NCBI RefSeq assembly: GCF_009660225.1
Contig: NZ_CP045920.1
Coordinates: forward strand, 2,406,079 to 2,430,078
DNA: 24,000 nt
Source of the DNA: Pseudactinotalea sp. HY158
GTDB lineage: Bacteria > Actinomycetota > Actinomycetes > Actinomycetales > Beutenbergiaceae
Direction of reading: 5' to 3'
Made by a program: the position numbers and the translations under genes. The notes below the pieces were generated by a model, which was not told the origin of the DNA, made no database searches, and saw only the letters and a program-made list of their open reading frames with translations. This document shows, in pieces, positions 20,063 to 24,000 of this stretch (its first letter is position 1; each line of letters starts with the position of its first letter).

Positions 20063-20485
20063 CTATCGGGTGCGCCCGCCCGCCTCCGCGGCGGCGTAGG
20101 CCGCCTTCTCACGGTCGATCTTCGCGCCGAGCACCATGGCGAGGATCCACAGCGCGGCGAAGACCGTGCCGAGGATCCACATCATCGGGATGATCAGTCC
20201 GGCGAGGATGCTCACGACCTGCACGAGGGAGCCGAGGATGCGCCCGGGCAAGCCCCGCAGGAGCGCCAGCGCCGCCAGGCACAGCGCGACCGCGAACCCG
20301 ACGACCGGCCAGATGACCTCCGGCGGCGCGAGCCGCAGCCCGTAGGCCACGAGCCCGGCGAATCCGAACACGAAGACCTGGGTTCCGAGCGTCGCAACGG
20401 CGAACAGGTGCCGGACGGATCGGCCGGCGGGCGCCGGCAGGCCGGGGCGGGCCGGCGGGGAATCGGAGGAGGGCGCGGTGGTCAC
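20063..20485 (-). CDS. Small multi-pass membrane protein, DUF4233-like
   Basis: 140 aa with about four hydrophobic segments and a terminal ILGTVFAALWILAMVLGAKIDREKAAYAAAE. The family call is by resemblance only. Confidence 0.65.
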   Translation of the reverse strand: MTTAPSSDSPPARPGLPAPAGRSVRHLFAVATLGTQVFVFGFAGLVAYGLRLAPPEVIWPVVGFAVALCLAALALLRGLPGRILGSLVQVVSILAGLIIPMMWILGTVFAALWILAMVLGAKIDREKAAYAAAEAGGRTR

Positions 20486-20509
20486 GACCTCACGGTACCC
20501 CGGGTCGGC

Positions 20510-21301
20510 CTAGTCCTCGCCGAACCCGTTCTCGAACTCCTCCTCGAGCCGGGTGAGCACGTCGCCGGCCTGCGGGCCGCTCGCCCGCAGCGTCGCCTCC
20601 GCCCCGCCCGTGAGGCCGAGCCCCATGAGCGCGAGGACGCTCGCCGCGGGGGTCTCGTTGATCGTCACCTCGGCGTCGTGATCGGCGACGATCCGCGCCA
20701 CCTGCGCGGCGGGTCGCGCATGCAGTCCGAGGCTGTTGCGCAGCGTCACGGTCCGCTCGAGGACGTCGGAGCTCGCCTCGTGATCGTCCGTCGCCTCCGC
20801 GGCGGCCGGGGCCGGGGTGGCCGGGGCCGCGGTGTCGGCCGTGCTGTCGGTGGCAGCAGAGTCGCCGCCAGGGTGGTCAGTGTCGTCGGCAGAGTCGGCA
20901 GCATCGGCAGAGCCGCCGGCGAACGCATCGATCGCGGTCCGCGCCGCCGCCGCGACCTGCGAGGCACTCGAACCGGTCTGGGCCGCGACGGCCGCCGCGA
21001 CGGCGCCCTCGACGAAGGGGGCGTCGACGATCGTGACCCCGCCGTCCAGTACCTCGGCGACCGATTCGGCGGTGAGGAGCGCGGAGCCGAGGTCGGAGAG
21101 CACGACGGCCTCGGCCCCGGCCTCCCGAACCCGTTCGACCATCTCCATGACCCGGTCGAAGCTCGTGCCGATGCGGTTGTCGTCGGTGCCGCCGGCGGCA
21201 TAGATCGGCACGTCGGGTGCCATCTGCGCGGCGACCTCGGCCGCTCCCTTGGCGAGGTTGCCCGAGTGGGAGACGAGCACGAGGCCCACCGCGATCGTCA
21301 C
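20510..21301 (-). CDS. dhaM: Dihydroxyacetone kinase phosphotransfer subunit DhaM fused to HPr
   Basis: GTG start. MTIAVGLVLVSHSGNLAKGAAEVAAQMAPDVPIYAAGGTDDNRIGTSFDRVMEMVE (DhaM/EIIA-man-like), an acidic linker, then VTLRNSLGLHARPAAQVARIVADHDAEVTI (HPr active-site region). The start overlaps the dhaL stop (GTGA). Confidence 0.9.
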   Translation of the reverse strand: MTIAVGLVLVSHSGNLAKGAAEVAAQMAPDVPIYAAGGTDDNRIGTSFDRVMEMVERVREAGAEAVVLSDLGSALLTAESVAEVLDGGVTIVDAPFVEGAVAAAVAAQTGSSASQVAAAARTAIDAFAGGSADAADSADDTDHPGGDSAATDSTADTAAPATPAPAAAEATDDHEASSDVLERTVTLRNSLGLHARPAAQVARIVADHDAEVTINETPAASVLALMGLGLTGGAEATLRASGPQAGDVLTRLEEEFENGFGED

Positions 21302-21953
21302 GGCGTGTCCCGCGCTGCGGCCGCCGCGGCCGCGAGCAGCATGGCCGAGGACTGCGCGCCCGGATCGCGGTGCCCGGCCGAGCGCTCGCCGAGGTAGGAC
21401 GCCCGGCCCTTGCGGGCGACCATCGGTTCGGTGGCGCGGGCGCCGGCCTCCGCGGCGGCCGAGGCCTCGGCCCACACGGCGACCGGATCGGACCCGGACT
21501 CGGCCGCGGCGCGCGCGGCCGTGGCGGCGGCGTCCCACGCGTCCACCATCGTCTTGTCGCCGGGCTCGGCCTTGCCGCGGGCGACGAGGCCGGCCAGCCC
21601 GGCCTCGAGCAGCTCGGCCACGCCGGTCGCGTCGAGCCCGCCGGCCCGGTTGTCCGCCTCCCCGGCGGCCTTGCCGGCGCGGAGGAAGGCGGTGCCGTAC
21701 AGCGGACCGGCGGCGCCGCCCACGGTCGACATGAGGGTGGTGGCCACGAGCTTGAAGGTCTCGCCCAGCTGGGCCGGGGCGGCGGAGTCGAGCTTCGCCG
21801 CGACGGCGGAGAAGCCCCGGTCGAGGTTCTCGCCGTGGTCACCGTCGCCGATGGCCCGGTCCAGGTCGTTCAGCGCCGCGCGCTCATCGGACGTGATCCG
21901 GGCACAGGCCTGGATCCAGGCCACGGCCCACTCGTTGCCGAGCACCTTCTCAC

Positions 21954-21957
<4 letters not shown>
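21298..21957 (-). CDS. dhaL: Dihydroxyacetone kinase ADP-binding subunit DhaL
   Basis: 219 aa. LNDLDRAIGDGDHGENLDRGF, STVGGAAGPLYGTAFL, GDKTMVDAWDAA and RKGRASYLGERSAGHRDPGAQSSAML. Confidence 0.96.
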
Positions 21958-22961
<1,004 letters not shown>

Positions 22962-22997
22962 GGCCAACCTCCAGTGGAGCTACCGAACTCACTGCCG

Positions 22998-23026
22998 ATC
23001 CTACTGCCCCACACGCACGCTGTCTG
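22998..23026 (-). promoter_or_regulatory. Candidate dhaKLM promoter
   Basis: Minus strand CAGACA (23026-23021), 17-bp spacer, TAGGAT (23003-22998), upstream of dhaK. Confidence 0.3.
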
Positions 23027-23033
23027 GTGCCGG

Positions 23034-24000
23034 TCACGACCCGTCGCGGTACGCCTCGAGCAGGCGCAGCCACACCTCACTCACGGTCGGGAAGGCGGGC
23101 ACCGCGTGCCACAGCCGCGCGATCGGCACCTCGCCCGCGATCGCGATCGCCCCGGCCTGCGCGAGCTCGGCCACGTCCTGGCCCACGAACGTCAGGCCGA
23201 CGATCACCTGCCGGTCGGCGTCGACGACCATCCGGGCAGCGCCGCGGTAGCCGTCGGCCATGAGGGCGGCCCCGGCGACGGCGCCCAGGTCCACGTCGAC
23301 CACGCGGGTCCGCACCCCCTGCTCCCGGCAGTCGGCCTCGGTCAGCCCGACGGAGGCGACCTGCGGATCGGTGAAGACCACGGCCGTGGCCGCGCGCTGG
23401 TCGGCGGTCGCCGCGTGCGCGCCCCACGGGGAGTCGTCGATCCGGGCGCCGTGCCCACCGGAGTCTGCGCGGGCGGCGCGGGCCATGATCGCCCCCGCCG
23501 CGATGCGGGCCTGATACTTGCCCTGATGGGTGAGCAGCCGGCGGCCGTTCACGTCGCCCGCGGCGTAGAGCCAGTCGATCCCCGCGCCGTCCGGCCCGGT
23601 GACCCGGAGGGTCTCGTCCACCGCGAGCCATGCGCCGTCGGTCAGCCCGACCACGGCGAGCCCGAGTCCGTCGGTGCGGGGCCCGCGGCCGGTGGCCACG
23701 AGGATCTCCTCACCGGTGACGCGCTCGCCGCCGGAGAGTTCGACCGTCACCCGCGCATCCGGCGCCGCGGCGTCGTCCCGGGTCACGCGCGTGGCCGTGG
23801 CCCCCGTGTGGAAGCGCACCCCGCGGGCGGCCAGGGCGGAGCGCACATGCTCGGCCGCGACGGGTTCGAGCGTTCCCAGCAGCCGGCCCGCCTCGATCAC
23901 GGTGACCTCGGCACCGAGGTCGGCGTAGGCGCAGGCCGACTCGCAGCCGACGACCCCGCCGCCGAGCACGATGAGCGAGCCGGGGACGGCGCGCGCGGAC
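23034..24000 (-). CDS. FAD-dependent pyridine nucleotide-disulfide oxidoreductase (5' end outside the window)
   Basis: VLGGGVVGCESACAYADLGAEVTVIEAG (NAD-binding), LVATGRGPRT, IDWLYAAGDVNGRRLLTHQGKYQARIAA, AVVFTDPQVASVGLTEADCRE and HAVPAFPTVSEVWLRLLEAY. Confidence 0.9.
   Translation of the reverse strand, partial: SARAVPGSLIVLGGGVVGCESACAYADLGAEVTVIEAGRLLGTLEPVAAEHVRSALAARGVRFHTGATATRVTRDDAAAPDARVTVELSGGERVTGEEILVATGRGPRTDGLGLAVVGLTDGAWLAVDETLRVTGPDGAGIDWLYAAGDVNGRRLLTHQGKYQARIAAGAIMARAARADSGGHGARIDDSPWGAHAATADQRAATAVVFTDPQVASVGLTEADCREQGVRTRVVDVDLGAVAGAALMADGYRGAARMVVDADRQVIVGLTFVGQDVAELAQAGAIAIAGEVPIARLWHAVPAFPTVSEVWLRLLEAYRDGS

Noticed and set aside
19652-21397. Plus-strand 581-aa ORF
   Set aside because: Antisense across arfB, the membrane protein and dhaM. 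Crossing three real genes is characteristic of spurious ORFs in this GC range.

Overview
The window is high-GC actinobacterial chromosome, with about 20 protein genes. Every gene I support lies on the minus strand. Read in transcription order (high to low coordinate) it holds: a flavin disulfide oxidoreductase fragment, dhaK-dhaL-dhaM(HPr), a small membrane protein, arfB, a secreted LPXTG-anchored YgjK/GH63-like glycosidase, ndk, smc, a small membrane protein, ftsY, ffh, an amidohydrolase, a lower-GC three-gene cassette, and then rpsP, a KH-domain protein gene, rimM, trmD, rplS, lepB and rnhB. The cassette (about 4.9-7.7 kb) interrupts the conserved ffh-to-rpsP region. It encodes an XRE-HTH protein with an AbiEi-like C-terminus, a MenT/AbiEii-like nucleotidyltransferase and an AbiH-family protein, joined by an ATGA overlap and a 3-bp gap. 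It looks like a composite type IV toxin-antitoxin plus AbiH anti-phage operon, and it is the best candidate for a new system here. Other points of interest are a TrmD-GNAT fusion, a reading-frame patchwork inside smc, strong related hairpins at two operon boundaries, and 14-bp iteron-like repeats upstream of the glycosidase gene. Most long plus-strand ORFs in the track are antisense artefacts of high GC. All family calls were made by eye from motifs; no database search was run.
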